Shown: in pieces, positions 50,957 to 60,367 of the stretch
How positions within the stretch are numbered: position 1 is the first letter of the stretch
How the letters are laid out: the number at the start of each line of letters is the position of its first letter
Assembly (NCBI GenBank): GCA_903825105.1
Contig: CAIJZI010000008.1
Coordinates: 8,401-72,400, forward strand
From: an uncultured bacterium
GTDB taxonomy: Bacteria > Patescibacteriota > Minisyncoccia > Phycocordibacterales > Phycocordibacteraceae
Direction: 5' to 3'
DNA: 64,000 nt
Program-made: the position numbers and the translations under genes
Notes under the pieces: model-generated
The model's input: only the letters and a program-made list of their open reading frames with translations
Database searches by the model: none
Told to the model about the DNA's origin: nothing

Positions 50957-51184
50957 ATGAAAGCACTACACAAAATAGCGTTCTGGCTTCTTGTTATCGG
51001 CGGGCTCAACTGGGGCCTCGTCGCGCTCGGTACTTGGATGGGCAGTAATTGGAATGTCGTGAATCTTCTCCTTGGTTCGTGGGCTTGGCTTGAGAATCTT
51101 GTCTACTTGATTGTCGGTATCTCGGCGATTGTTGTCATCTTCAAAGGTGACTGCAAGTGCACATCTCCCTCACAGTCGATGTAA
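50957..51184 (+). CDS. DUF378 small membrane protein
   Basis: L.VIGGLNWGL, VY.IVG.SA. Confidence 0.9.
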   Translation: MKALHKIAFWLLVIGGLNWGLVALGTWMGSNWNVVNLLLGSWAWLENLVYLIVGISAIVVIFKGDCKCTSPSQSM

Positions 51185-51325
51185 TCAGCCAGTGTTCAGT
51201 ATAAAAAATTAAAACAGCCTGCGCTCCGCGCCGGCTATTTTAATTTGATGGACACTTCGTGTTGGTCAGAACAACCAAGTCTGAAACTTGATTGAATATA
51301 TTGGCTATGTAGTACAATAAATTGA

Positions 51326-52489
51326 ATGAATCGCGCGGTATTCGCCGTTATTTTTTTATCAACGCTTGTTTCGGCGTTTATTTTTAACATTCCAAAAGCG
51401 TGTGCAGCAACAACACCCTTTGAAATTTCTGGGTGGATACCCTATTGGCGGGAGGCGACTGGCACGATAGATGTATTGCCACATATGAAGAGCATGACTT
51501 CGGTGATGCCCTTCGGCTACATCGTTCAAAATGATGGTGCTCTCTATGATGCATTCGGATTTAGCGCCACCTCTTCGGCGACCTCGAGCGTGAGTATTTT
51601 GTCGAGCGTGGCAAAAATCCAAAAAGTAAAAATAATCCCAACCGTGATGTGGAGTAATAGTGAAGCGATGGACAGAATTTTAAAAAACGCGACCACACGC
51701 CAGAAGCTCGAAGACGATATAGCGAATCTGGTGAAGCAAAATAATTTTGCCGGCATCGATATCGACTTCGAAAATAAGTTAGCAGAGACGAAGTCCTATT
51801 TCTCACTCTTTTTAAAGGGACTGTATATGCGCATGGGGCAAAAGCTGGTCTATTGTGCCATCGAGCCGCGCACTCCGCCCTCGTCTGCATTCGCAGTGAT
51901 CCCGAATCCGCTTCAATACGCGAATGATTATTCTGCGATAAATAAATACTGCGATCGTGTCGAGATTATGGCGTATGACCAGGGTAGGGTGGATATTAAA
52001 TTGAATGCTAACGCGAGCCCGACTCCGTATATACCGATATCTGATACGGCGTGGGTTAAAAAAGTGGTCGAGCTCACCGCCCAGTCTATTTCTAAAAAGA
52101 AAATAATAATCGGCATCGCCACCTATGGCTATGAATATGATTTGGTTAAGCTCACACAAGGATATCGCTATGATCTCGCGTGGACATTTAACCAGGGCTA
52201 TGCGACCGCGCTCGCTTCTGATCTCGGCCTTATCCCCACGAGAAATAGTGCGGGCGAATTAAACTTTATCTATACACCAACGACAACGCCGATGACGAAT
52301 ATCGTCGCTGCGAGCGCTTCAGCCGGCCCGATACCGGCGACGACAACGCCACAGAGAATCGTCTGGTGGAGTGACGCGAGCTCGGTGAACGATAAAATTC
52401 AATTAGCCAAACAACTCGGCGTGCGTGGTGTCGCCTTTTTTAAATTTGACGGCGGCGAAGACCAGAATATTTGGAATATTTTGCCCTAA
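51326..52489 (+). CDS. Glycoside hydrolase family 18
   Basis: GIDIDFE catalytic motif, IMAYD, signal peptide. Confidence 0.88.
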   Translation: MNRAVFAVIFLSTLVSAFIFNIPKACAATTPFEISGWIPYWREATGTIDVLPHMKSMTSVMPFGYIVQNDGALYDAFGFSATSSATSSVSILSSVAKIQKVKIIPTVMWSNSEAMDRILKNATTRQKLEDDIANLVKQNNFAGIDIDFENKLAETKSYFSLFLKGLYMRMGQKLVYCAIEPRTPPSSAFAVIPNPLQYANDYSAINKYCDRVEIMAYDQGRVDIKLNANASPTPYIPISDTAWVKKVVELTAQSISKKKIIIGIATYGYEYDLVKLTQGYRYDLAWTFNQGYATALASDLGLIPTRNSAGELNFIYTPTTTPMTNIVAASASAGPIPATTTPQRIVWWSDASSVNDKIQLAKQLGVRGVAFFKFDGGEDQNIWNILP

Positions 52490-52639
52490 AACAGATTAAT
52501 TTAACAAGATATTGAATCATCGTGGCGCTATTGACATTTTTGATATAGGTATGCTATACTAGATTTGGGTTGTGGAGGCCTTTGCCATCGTGGCAATATG
52601 TTTATCCACTGAAAGTACCTTTAACTGAAGGAGAGGGAA

Positions 52640-53467
52640 ATGAAAAAAATTTTGGCAATTCTCGGTCTCGTTGTAGTACTCAGTTTGACCGGCTGTACCG
52701 TTGCTTCGCCCGACGCCGGGCACCAGATGGTGTGGATGGAAAAGCCAATGTTCTTCGGGCATGGGGGGGTGGATTCTAACCCCGTCACTGCTGGGCGATC
52801 CTACGGCGCTATTACCAGCAATGCTATCGATGTGTACATGCAGCCCTACCGGTATGACATGGAATTCGACGACATGATGACCAAGAGTGGCGTCCCTGTG
52901 TCTTTCCATGTCGTGGCTACCTGTCAGATCACCGACTCCGTAAAACTGGTACGAGACTTCGGCTCAGACTTTGACGAGAAAACAGGGTACGGATTCTGGA
53001 CACGAAACCTCGACCAGCCCATCCGGACTGCCGTTCGGGACTCCGTCAAGCGACGCGATATGCAGGAAATGGCAATCGACCAAAGTGCCGCAGATGCTGT
53101 CGGTCAAGAAGTCGCAGAGGCCACGGTGAAAATCATTCAGAAGACGGGGGTGCCTCTCACTTGTACGGCCATCAACGTAGGCCGAGTAAATCCTCCAGAC
53201 GCCATCAAGAACCAGCGCGTGGAGACAGCTGCTCAAGAACAGAGGGCTATTACCGAGCAGCAGCGCAAGCTAGCCGAAGATCAGCGCAAGGCGGCTGAAC
53301 AGAGTCGCGCGGCGGCTGACAACGCTTACCGTCAGGAGATGCAGCTTTCGCCGGACCAATTCTTGCAGCTGGAGCGGATCAAGATGCAACGCGATGTCTG
53401 TTCAAGCGGTGGCAACTGTACCTTCTTCATCGACGGGAAGCCGACGCCTGTTGTAAATATGAAATAA
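52640..53467 (+). CDS. SPFH/band-7 domain lipoprotein (SD-led cassette)
   Basis: LTGC lipobox, SPFH-like core, A/E/Q coiled coil; AAGGAG SD; TTGACA...TATACT. Confidence 0.8.
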   Translation: MKKILAILGLVVVLSLTGCTVASPDAGHQMVWMEKPMFFGHGGVDSNPVTAGRSYGAITSNAIDVYMQPYRYDMEFDDMMTKSGVPVSFHVVATCQITDSVKLVRDFGSDFDEKTGYGFWTRNLDQPIRTAVRDSVKRRDMQEMAIDQSAADAVGQEVAEATVKIIQKTGVPLTCTAINVGRVNPPDAIKNQRVETAAQEQRAITEQQRKLAEDQRKAAEQSRAAADNAYRQEMQLSPDQFLQLERIKMQRDVCSSGGNCTFFIDGKPTPVVNMK

Positions 53468-53536
53468 CAATTATGGCATGTGGGAGATCTTAACGATCGT
53501 TACTACCACATGCCATTTCCATTTTTAGATAAAACT

Positions 53537-53576
53537 CGGTGGCGAAGAGCAGAATCTCTGGAATATTTTGCCCTAA
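53537..53576 (+). pseudogene. Stranded duplicate of the GH18 gene 3' end
   Basis: 36/40 identical to 52450-52489; encodes GGEEQNLWNILP*. Confidence 0.8.
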
Positions 53577-53689
53577 TCTGTTATACTAACAAGCGATGAG
53601 GCGATAACGCCTTGAATCGATCGGCTCGCGCCGATACGCAGCTTCTCCCGCTCGGAAGAAGTTTCTTTATTTCTTAACCTCAATTAAAA

Positions 53690-54214
53690 ATGAGTTATCA
53701 TACTATTCCACTAGGAAAGAAGTCGCCTGAAGTAGTCAACGCTGTTATCGAGATACCGAAAGGCGCTTCGGCGAAGTTTGAATATGACGAAGATCTTGAT
53801 GTTATCAAGCTTGACCGCGTGCTTCACTCAACGATGCACTACCCATTTGATTATGGCTTTATCCCCGAGACGCGGAGCGAAGACGGCGACCATCTCGATG
53901 TGCTCGTGATCGTCTCCGCGCCATTATTCCCCGGATGCATGGTCTCGGTGCGACCCATCGGTGCTATCGATATGGAGGATGAAGCAGGGAAGGATTGGAA
54001 GATAATCGCTGTGGCGAAGAAGGATCCGCGCGTGAAGAATGTTAAAACTATTGAAGATCTCGGCGAACATTTTAAAAAAGAGGTTCAGCACTTCTTCGAA
54101 GAATATAAAAAGCTTGAGGATAAATGGACGAAGATAAATGGCTGGCTTGGCTTAGACGAAGCGCACAAGATAATTAAAGAAGGGGCAGAGCGATTTGCAA
54201 AGGAAAAATATTAA
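53690..54214 (+). CDS. ppa: Inorganic pyrophosphatase family I
   Basis: IEIP, LDRVL, YGFIP.T..EDGD.LD.L, D.KI. Confidence 0.97.
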   Translation: MSYHTIPLGKKSPEVVNAVIEIPKGASAKFEYDEDLDVIKLDRVLHSTMHYPFDYGFIPETRSEDGDHLDVLVIVSAPLFPGCMVSVRPIGAIDMEDEAGKDWKIIAVAKKDPRVKNVKTIEDLGEHFKKEVQHFFEEYKKLEDKWTKINGWLGLDEAHKIIKEGAERFAKEKY

Positions 54215-54282
54215 AAGTTGCGCCGTTCATTCCTTGAGAGTATTGTGCGTGTCAGAGGTCAATTTGTACAAGGAGGCGCTCC

Positions 54283-54684
54283 ATGGAAGGGATCAGTCGA
54301 GGAATGTGTTTAGAGATTTTCACGAATCCCCACGATCTTGAAATCGTTGTTTCCAAAGCAAAAAATTTCGATAAATGGGTCTTCGTTCTTACTCGTGGGC
54401 CGAGAGACAGACACAAGGTACTGTTGGAAGGAGGTTTTTTCAGACAGTCCAATGACGCGGTGGATACGATCAAAAAGATTCTCGAGGGAATTCTGGAATT
54501 CACCACAAAAGAGCTTAAAGACCCGAAGAGTCTCCTGACTGAGCTCATCAATTCTGATCATGAAGAAGTGATGGATCCTTCGAAGATTCTGACGCTCGAC
54601 CTGATCACTAGAATCGTCGAAGAACTTCAACAACATCAGACAGCGAGTACATACAAGATGATGGCTGCTGTTCCTGCTGTGTAA
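54283..54684 (+). CDS. Hypothetical protein (SD-led cassette)
   Basis: TTGCGC-17-TATTGT, AAGGAGG SD, terminator 54704-54736. Confidence 0.7.
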   Translation: MEGISRGMCLEIFTNPHDLEIVVSKAKNFDKWVFVLTRGPRDRHKVLLEGGFFRQSNDAVDTIKKILEGILEFTTKELKDPKSLLTELINSDHEEVMDPSKILTLDLITRIVEELQQHQTASTYKMMAAVPAV

Positions 54685-55111
54685 ACAACTTCATTCAAAC
54701 ATCAAATCGGCGACACGTGCGTGTCGCCGATTTTTTACTACAGGATTCTGTCACGCGCCCTCCTAATTTCGCGGGGGATTCGAACCCTTTCGAATGGATT
54801 TTGGAGGATTGGAAATCAAGCAAGCAAAACGCTAATGAAACGAGATAATTAAAGGACTTATTAAAAAACTAACAATTCTCAATCGTACTCACAAACTATC
54901 AATTTTGGGCAACTTCTATCACTTTTTGGGCAACCGGAAATGCAACATTATTAGCGGGGAACAGTGCAGGCGTGAGTGATGAAAATTTTAAAACGCGACG
55001 AGACGGTGGTTTTTGTGTGGGTATGTTTATTGGTGACACATCATCACTCCGCCTCCGTTTTACTGCTTATCGTGAAATATGACTTCTGCCGTGAAATGAT
55101 AGTATTAACAT

Positions 55112-56755
55112 ATGGATGAGAATAAGTTGAGAGAAATTATAAGGTGTGCTCGCGAGAATGAGAATGTCGAGTTTAAGTCTGCATCAGACAGTTTTTCTGT
55201 CCTCGGAGGCGAAAGAGAGAATAAGAAATCTTTGTATGGATATTGTACAGCTATTGGTAACGAGGGAGGTGGGCGTATTGTTTTTGGAGTGACTGATGAA
55301 CGAGAGATTGTCGGAACGAAAGCTTTTCAAAATATTGAAGAGATCAGGTCTCAGATATACGAAAAAATGGGTGTTAAAATCGGTATTCAAGAATTTTTAC
55401 TACCGCAACGAGTTGTGGTTATTGATGTACCGGGACGGCAAATTGGTAAAATATTTACATTCCATAATCGGTATCTCACACGAGTTGGCGAAGAACTTGT
55501 AGAAATGAAACAGGATGAGATAGCTAAGATTCTTGCGGAGACGCAAGAGGATTTTTCAGCAAAATATTTGGATTTTGGATTAGAAGTGTTGGATCCGCAA
55601 GCTATAAAGAAAATGCGCGAATTATATGAGAAGAAGGCGTTAAGCACCACGAATGCTTCTAAAGCATCACTGACAGATGTTCAGTTTCTTTCCGATCTCG
55701 GGCTACTAAAGAACAATAAGATTAACAACTCAGCTTTGTTATTGCTTGGGACCACCGAATCATTACGTGATTTGCTTCCCGATGCAGAGATAATTTTTGA
55801 ATACAGAGTAAATCAAAATGATACACATTATTCCGACAGGTTGAATCTTCGCCAATCCCTAGTGTTTTCTTTGGATATTTTATGGGACAAAATAAATTCC
55901 CGTAACTTCGTGTCTCAATTACGTGAGCGCCTAATGCGGCGAGACATTCAGGCGTTTAACGAAGATGTAGTTCGTGAAGCCATGAATAATGCTGTGGTGC
56001 ATAGAGATTACCAAGCGCATAAATCAATATTCGTGCGCCAAGATAATACAAAGATAGTCTTCGAAAACCCGGGAGGTTTTATGCCAGGAATTACGCCGGA
56101 AAATATCTACAATCAAACTGCCTATAGAAATAGGCGACTGGCTGAATCGTTTGAAAAAATTGGTCTAGTTGAACGGTCTGGGCAGGGTGCGAATCTTATC
56201 TTCGAGAAGAATATTCGTGAAGGTAAAGGCATCCCAAAATATGAGACCACACAATATGATGTGTCGCTGTCTTTGTCAGCCCTTATTAAAGATGAAGAAA
56301 TCATTACCTATTTGGACGAGATAATTCAAAGCAAACAACTGGCTTTAACTGTTGATGACTTGGTGATTCTTGAAAAGATAAAGGATAGAACGTCCAAAGG
56401 GATAATGAAGAGAGATGTACAGAAATTTATTGATGCAGGGGTTGTTGTGTCCGACGGTGTTGGTAGGGGAGTGAAGTATTTTCTATCGAAGCAGTATTAT
56501 AAAGATCATGACAGACTTGGTGAATACACGAAGATTAAGGGACTGAGTCGGGCCGGTATCAAAGAACTAATTCTTGAACACCTTAATGCCAATAAGAAAG
56601 TAACCGCAAAGGAATGTCAGCAAATATCGCCAAACTTGAGCCCGAAAGACGTCGATAATATTTTACAAGAATTACGCAGAGATGAAAAAATCAAATTCAT
56701 TACATTTTCAGGAAACAAGAAGAATGGGCATTGGATTCTAATAGGTGAAAACTAG
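55112..56755 (+). CDS. Schlafen/AlbA_2 domain plus ATP-binding (RecG C-terminal-like HATPase) plus wHTH protein
   Basis: E...VEFKS, A.GN.GGG..VFGV.D, REA..NAV.HRDY, NPGG, RN..LA..F..IGL.ERSG.G; AT-rich. Confidence 0.85.
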   Translation: MDENKLREIIRCARENENVEFKSASDSFSVLGGERENKKSLYGYCTAIGNEGGGRIVFGVTDEREIVGTKAFQNIEEIRSQIYEKMGVKIGIQEFLLPQRVVVIDVPGRQIGKIFTFHNRYLTRVGEELVEMKQDEIAKILAETQEDFSAKYLDFGLEVLDPQAIKKMRELYEKKALSTTNASKASLTDVQFLSDLGLLKNNKINNSALLLLGTTESLRDLLPDAEIIFEYRVNQNDTHYSDRLNLRQSLVFSLDILWDKINSRNFVSQLRERLMRRDIQAFNEDVVREAMNNAVVHRDYQAHKSIFVRQDNTKIVFENPGGFMPGITPENIYNQTAYRNRRLAESFEKIGLVERSGQGANLIFEKNIREGKGIPKYETTQYDVSLSLSALIKDEEIITYLDEIIQSKQLALTVDDLVILEKIKDRTSKGIMKRDVQKFIDAGVVVSDGVGRGVKYFLSKQYYKDHDRLGEYTKIKGLSRAGIKELILEHLNANKKVTAKECQQISPNLSPKDVDNILQELRRDEKIKFITFSGNKKNGHWILIGEN

Positions 56756-56889
56756 GAAGAAAATAGGAGGAAATATGAAAATTAATACGAAAAATAAGGA
56801 TACTATTTAGATTCTAATAGGTGAAAAATAGGAAGAAAAGTTGAGCGGAAATTAAGTCGACAGACCTTTCGGATTCCGATTTTCAATTT

Positions 56890-56981
56890 TGGCGGAGGGG
56901 GAGGGATTCGAACCCTCGATACGGTATTACCCGTATAGCGAGTTAGCAACCCGCCGCACTAGGCCTCTATGCGACCCCTCC
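56890..56981 (-). tRNA. tRNA-Ser(GCT) with encoded CCA
   Basis: GGAGGGG acceptor, anticodon loop TTGCTAA, long variable arm, GGTTCGAATCC T-arm, 3' GCCA. Confidence 0.95.
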
Positions 56982-57005
56982 ATGCTTGTTTGAATTTTAA
57001 CAAAT

Positions 57006-57701
57006 TCAGTGCGCTAAAGCGAGCGGGATTATATTTTGTGCTCCAGCTTTTTTAAGTGCGTCAATTGCAGCTTGGAGTGTTGCGCCGGTTGTGAGGACAT
57101 CGTCGAGGATTATGAAAGTGCTTTTAGAAATTTCGTCATGGCTTATCCGCCTTCGTTCAAAGAACTTCGGCGTGACGAGGAATGCGTCTTTCATATTCTT
57201 TTCTCTTTCGTGGCGCGGGAGCGAGACTTGGGAGGTTGTTTCGCGGGTGCGCTCGAGGACATTCTCGACCAGCGCGCAGCCAAGCTGCTTGGCTGCGCGG
57301 TTCGCCACTTCTTCTACTTGATTATACCCGCGCTCTTTTTGGCGTTTTTTACCAAGCGGTATCGGAACCAAAACAAGGTTCGACCTTGAGGATTCGGATT
57401 TAAGGTCGAACCTTGTTTTTGGGAGATCATCGGCATCGTGCAGATATTCTAAAACTGCGAGCGAGAGGAGTTCGAAGGCGCGTCCATTCCCATGATATTT
57501 TGCTTCGTGGATTGCGGCGCGTACACGCTCGTCGTGATAGGGCAGGAGCGCGACCGTGCCGGGCCGAGTTTCTGGCACGAGCCGAGGCGCGACAAGAGCG
57601 AGGAACTCATCTGTTGAAATATCCCTCGACACGAGTTCGTCTGCACGAGGAGGAAAAATGAAATCTAAACACCTGTGGTGAATGAAATTGAACCAGCGCA
57701 T
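57006..57701 (-). CDS. comF: ComF family phosphoribosyltransferase-like competence protein
   Basis: VPIPL...R..ERGYNQ, Q..L....R..N, LDDV.TTGAT. Confidence 0.92.
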   Translation of the reverse strand: MRWFNFIHHRCLDFIFPPRADELVSRDISTDEFLALVAPRLVPETRPGTVALLPYHDERVRAAIHEAKYHGNGRAFELLSLAVLEYLHDADDLPKTRFDLKSESSRSNLVLVPIPLGKKRQKERGYNQVEEVANRAAKQLGCALVENVLERTRETTSQVSLPRHEREKNMKDAFLVTPKFFERRRISHDEISKSTFIILDDVLTTGATLQAAIDALKKAGAQNIIPLALAH

Positions 57702-57721
57702 CGTGGTATTATATATCTCAT

Positions 57722-58807
57722 ATGTCCTTCCTCGGAACTATCTTTGGCGACAAAAAAGAAAAGAGCGTTCTCGGTATCGATATAGGCTCCTCATCTTTGA
57801 AGGTTGTGCAGCTGCGTAAAGAGCATGGTCAGGCAGTTCTCGAGACTTATGGCGAATTGTCGCTCGGGCCCTATGGCGGAGAAGAAGTGGGGCAGGCGAC
57901 GAATCTTTCCCCAGAACAAATTTCAGAAACATTAAAAGATCTTTTGCGCGAAGCGAAGGTGACGACCAAGAGTTGTGGCGTCTCGATACCGTTTACCCGT
58001 TCTCTGCTTACCCTCGCCACACTGCCGTATCGTGAAGATAAAAAAGAACAAAAGACTATTATAGAACTTGAAGCTAGAAAATATATACCGGTACCCGTGA
58101 GTGAAGTCCAGCTCGATTGGTTTGTAGTGCCTGACACAACGCACGCTTCTCCCGAGGACAATTCTGGAAAAAATAAAAAGATAGAAGTGCTTCTGGTCGC
58201 GGTTCATAATGATGAGCTCGCCATACTTCAAAATATCGTCGCAGGGGCTGGCCTTCAGGCGAGCTTTTATGAGATTGAGATATTTAGCACCATACGCGCA
58301 GTCGATGACGAGCCGATGAAGCCGGTGATGATTCTCGATGTGGGCGCCGCATCGACCAAGACCTATGTTATCGAACACGGTGTTGTCGCTTTTTCACATT
58401 CGATAAGTATCGGAAGCCAAGAGATTACTCGTGCGATCGCGATTTCTGGGAATGTGCCGATCGCGCAGGCAGAAATGTTAAAGAAGGAAGCAGGGATCGA
58501 AGGCGACGGGGCGCTTGGCTCTCCAGAATTTGTTTTCTCGCGCATTTTTGCTGAAGCGCGTCGCGTGCTCGTTCAATATGAGACAGCACATAAGAAATCA
58601 ATCACGGCGATTATATTAACGGGCGGTGGCGGCGTTACCAAAGAGCTTGGCGCGTATGCAAAAAACATTTTCTCGATAGATGTGCATGTCGCGAATCCAT
58701 TTGCGAAGACAAAAGCGCCGGCATTTATGAAATCAGTTCTCGAAAGTATCGGCCCCGAATTCGCCGTCGCTGTCGGCCTCGCTCTGCGAAAACTTGATGA
58801 GATATAA
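57722..58807 (+). CDS. pilM: Type IV pilus assembly protein PilM
   Basis: GIDIGSSSLK, DVGA..T, ILTGGG, AVAVGLALR. Confidence 0.93.
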   Translation: MSFLGTIFGDKKEKSVLGIDIGSSSLKVVQLRKEHGQAVLETYGELSLGPYGGEEVGQATNLSPEQISETLKDLLREAKVTTKSCGVSIPFTRSLLTLATLPYREDKKEQKTIIELEARKYIPVPVSEVQLDWFVVPDTTHASPEDNSGKNKKIEVLLVAVHNDELAILQNIVAGAGLQASFYEIEIFSTIRAVDDEPMKPVMILDVGAASTKTYVIEHGVVAFSHSISIGSQEITRAIAISGNVPIAQAEMLKKEAGIEGDGALGSPEFVFSRIFAEARRVLVQYETAHKKSITAIILTGGGGVTKELGAYAKNIFSIDVHVANPFAKTKAPAFMKSVLESIGPEFAVAVGLALRKLDEI

Positions 58808-58859
58808 AAGTGGATAAAGTTTGTATGCGAATAGGGCAGTGCTCGTTATACTAAATCAA

Positions 58860-59447
58860 ATGGACCTTCCTCCGACAATCCCTACATCGTTTGTGCCCAA
58901 CCAAGGAACTGCTGTGTCGCGTGTGCAGGAACAGAAATCGACTATTTCTGGGGCTTTAAGCTTCATCGCATATATTATTTTTGTTGCTGTTTTTGCCGCC
59001 GCGGTAGGAGTATTTTTCTATGGGCAATTTCTCAACAATCAAAAAACTGCGAAAAATACAGAGCTGCAAAATGCTGAAGCAAAGATCGATTCTGCGACCG
59101 CTGATAGTTTTATAAGATTGCGAGATCGTATCGCTTCAAGTAGAACGCTACTTGCGAACCATATTGCTTTTTCTAAGTTCTTCTCGCTTCTCGGGTCTCT
59201 TATGCCGACCAGTGTCCACTTCACACAATTGCATCTTTCTGTTAACAACGACGGCACGGCAAGTGTAGATGGAATTGGCGTAGCAAAAAATTTCAACGCG
59301 CTTGCATTTACTTCAACAACATTTGCTAAAGACGGTCGCATAAAAGATGCCATTTTCTCAAATATCGCGGTGTCTCCAAGAGATGGCTCGGTATCTTTTT
59401 CTCTCTCAGCCAAACTGGATTCTAAGACGATCACCTTTTCACCATGA
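58860..59447 (+). CDS. PilN-like protein
   Basis: TSF.P motif, TM helix, coiled coil, ferredoxin-like tail; follows pilM. Confidence 0.75.
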   Translation: MDLPPTIPTSFVPNQGTAVSRVQEQKSTISGALSFIAYIIFVAVFAAAVGVFFYGQFLNNQKTAKNTELQNAEAKIDSATADSFIRLRDRIASSRTLLANHIAFSKFFSLLGSLMPTSVHFTQLHLSVNNDGTASVDGIGVAKNFNALAFTSTTFAKDGRIKDAIFSNIAVSPRDGSVSFSLSAKLDSKTITFSP

Positions 59448-60001
59448 ACAGCAACAATATTCTTTCGACGCTCGCATTTTTAGTAGCCATAGGCATATTC
59501 TTTGCGTATGTTAATCCGACATGGTCTGGATCGATTGCAGAAGCTCGTGCCACAATTGATTCTGATAATCAGGCACTCACAGCAGCAGGCGAATATACTG
59601 CACAACAAAATGAGCTTACTTCTGCGCGCAATGCGATTGACCCAGCTAATCTAACAAGGCTCGCAACTTTTCTGCCAGATGCGGTTGATAATGTGGGACT
59701 CATTCTTGATTTGAATTCTCTCGCTGCACGCAGCGGGCTTTCGCTTTCGAATATTGATGTGGCCGCGAACGATTCTGCATCATCCGGTTCTTCGAATGGG
59801 TCTGTGCCGGCAATGGCAAATCCGGTGAGTTCTGCAGACTTATCGCTTTCTGCGGTCGGAACATATACAGCTCTGCAAAACTTCTTGGCAGGAGTTGAAA
59901 AGAGCGGTCGATTGCTCGATGCCAGAGATATAGTAATAACTGGCTCAGATACTGGGGTTTATACATATAAAATGAAATTACGCCTGTATTGGCTCCACTA
60001 A
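59444..60001 (+). CDS. PilO-like protein
   Basis: TM, LP, G.Y..L..FL...E...R. Confidence 0.8.
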   Translation: MNSNNILSTLAFLVAIGIFFAYVNPTWSGSIAEARATIDSDNQALTAAGEYTAQQNELTSARNAIDPANLTRLATFLPDAVDNVGLILDLNSLAARSGLSLSNIDVAANDSASSGSSNGSVPAMANPVSSADLSLSAVGTYTALQNFLAGVEKSGRLLDARDIVITGSDTGVYTYKMKLRLYWLH

Positions 60002-60004
60002 CAT

Positions 60005-60367
60005 ATGAAATCTAATGCTGTCATTGTCATTATTGCGGTTCTCGCCATCTCTGCTGGCGCGTATTGGTATTTTTTCACTGGCACTGGCAATCAACAGCCA
60101 CTGACCGGGGTTGGTACATCTATAAATATCGCGCAAGCACAATTCCAAACACTTCTCGGCGAACTTCAGCCAATTTCTTTTGATCCAAGCATTTTTTCTG
60201 ATGCGCGATTTAATGTTCTAACAGATCTTACAACAACAGTTTCTCCAGAAACAACAGGTCGACTCGATCCTTTTTCAATCGCTTCTAATCCAAGTCAAGG
60301 TTCTTCCGGTTCTGTTTCTACCGCGAGCTCCACAGCGAGCTCAACCACAAAAGTAATTAAAAAGTAA
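60005..60367 (+). CDS. Small membrane-anchored pilus-operon protein
   Basis: N-terminal TM, GR.DPF motif, position after pilO. Confidence 0.65.
   Translation: MKSNAVIVIIAVLAISAGAYWYFFTGTGNQQPLTGVGTSINIAQAQFQTLLGELQPISFDPSIFSDARFNVLTDLTTTVSPETTGRLDPFSIASNPSQGSSGSVSTASSTASSTTKVIKK

Noticed and set aside
53593-53645. Canonical fluoride riboswitch
   Set aside because: The 5' GCGAUGAGGC resembles it, but the downstream UGAUG...CUCUAC pseudoknot element is missing; kept only as an unknown leader.
52640-54684. Prophage
   Set aside because: The SPFH lipoprotein and orphans look foreign, but no structural, terminase or integrase genes are present and ppa interrupts the stretch.
54773-54790. Second tRNA gene
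   Set aside because: Only a T-arm-like 14-mer; no cloverleaf can be formed.
56734-56839. CRISPR array
   Set aside because: Only two repeats, non-palindromic, overlapping a CDS stop; no cas genes.
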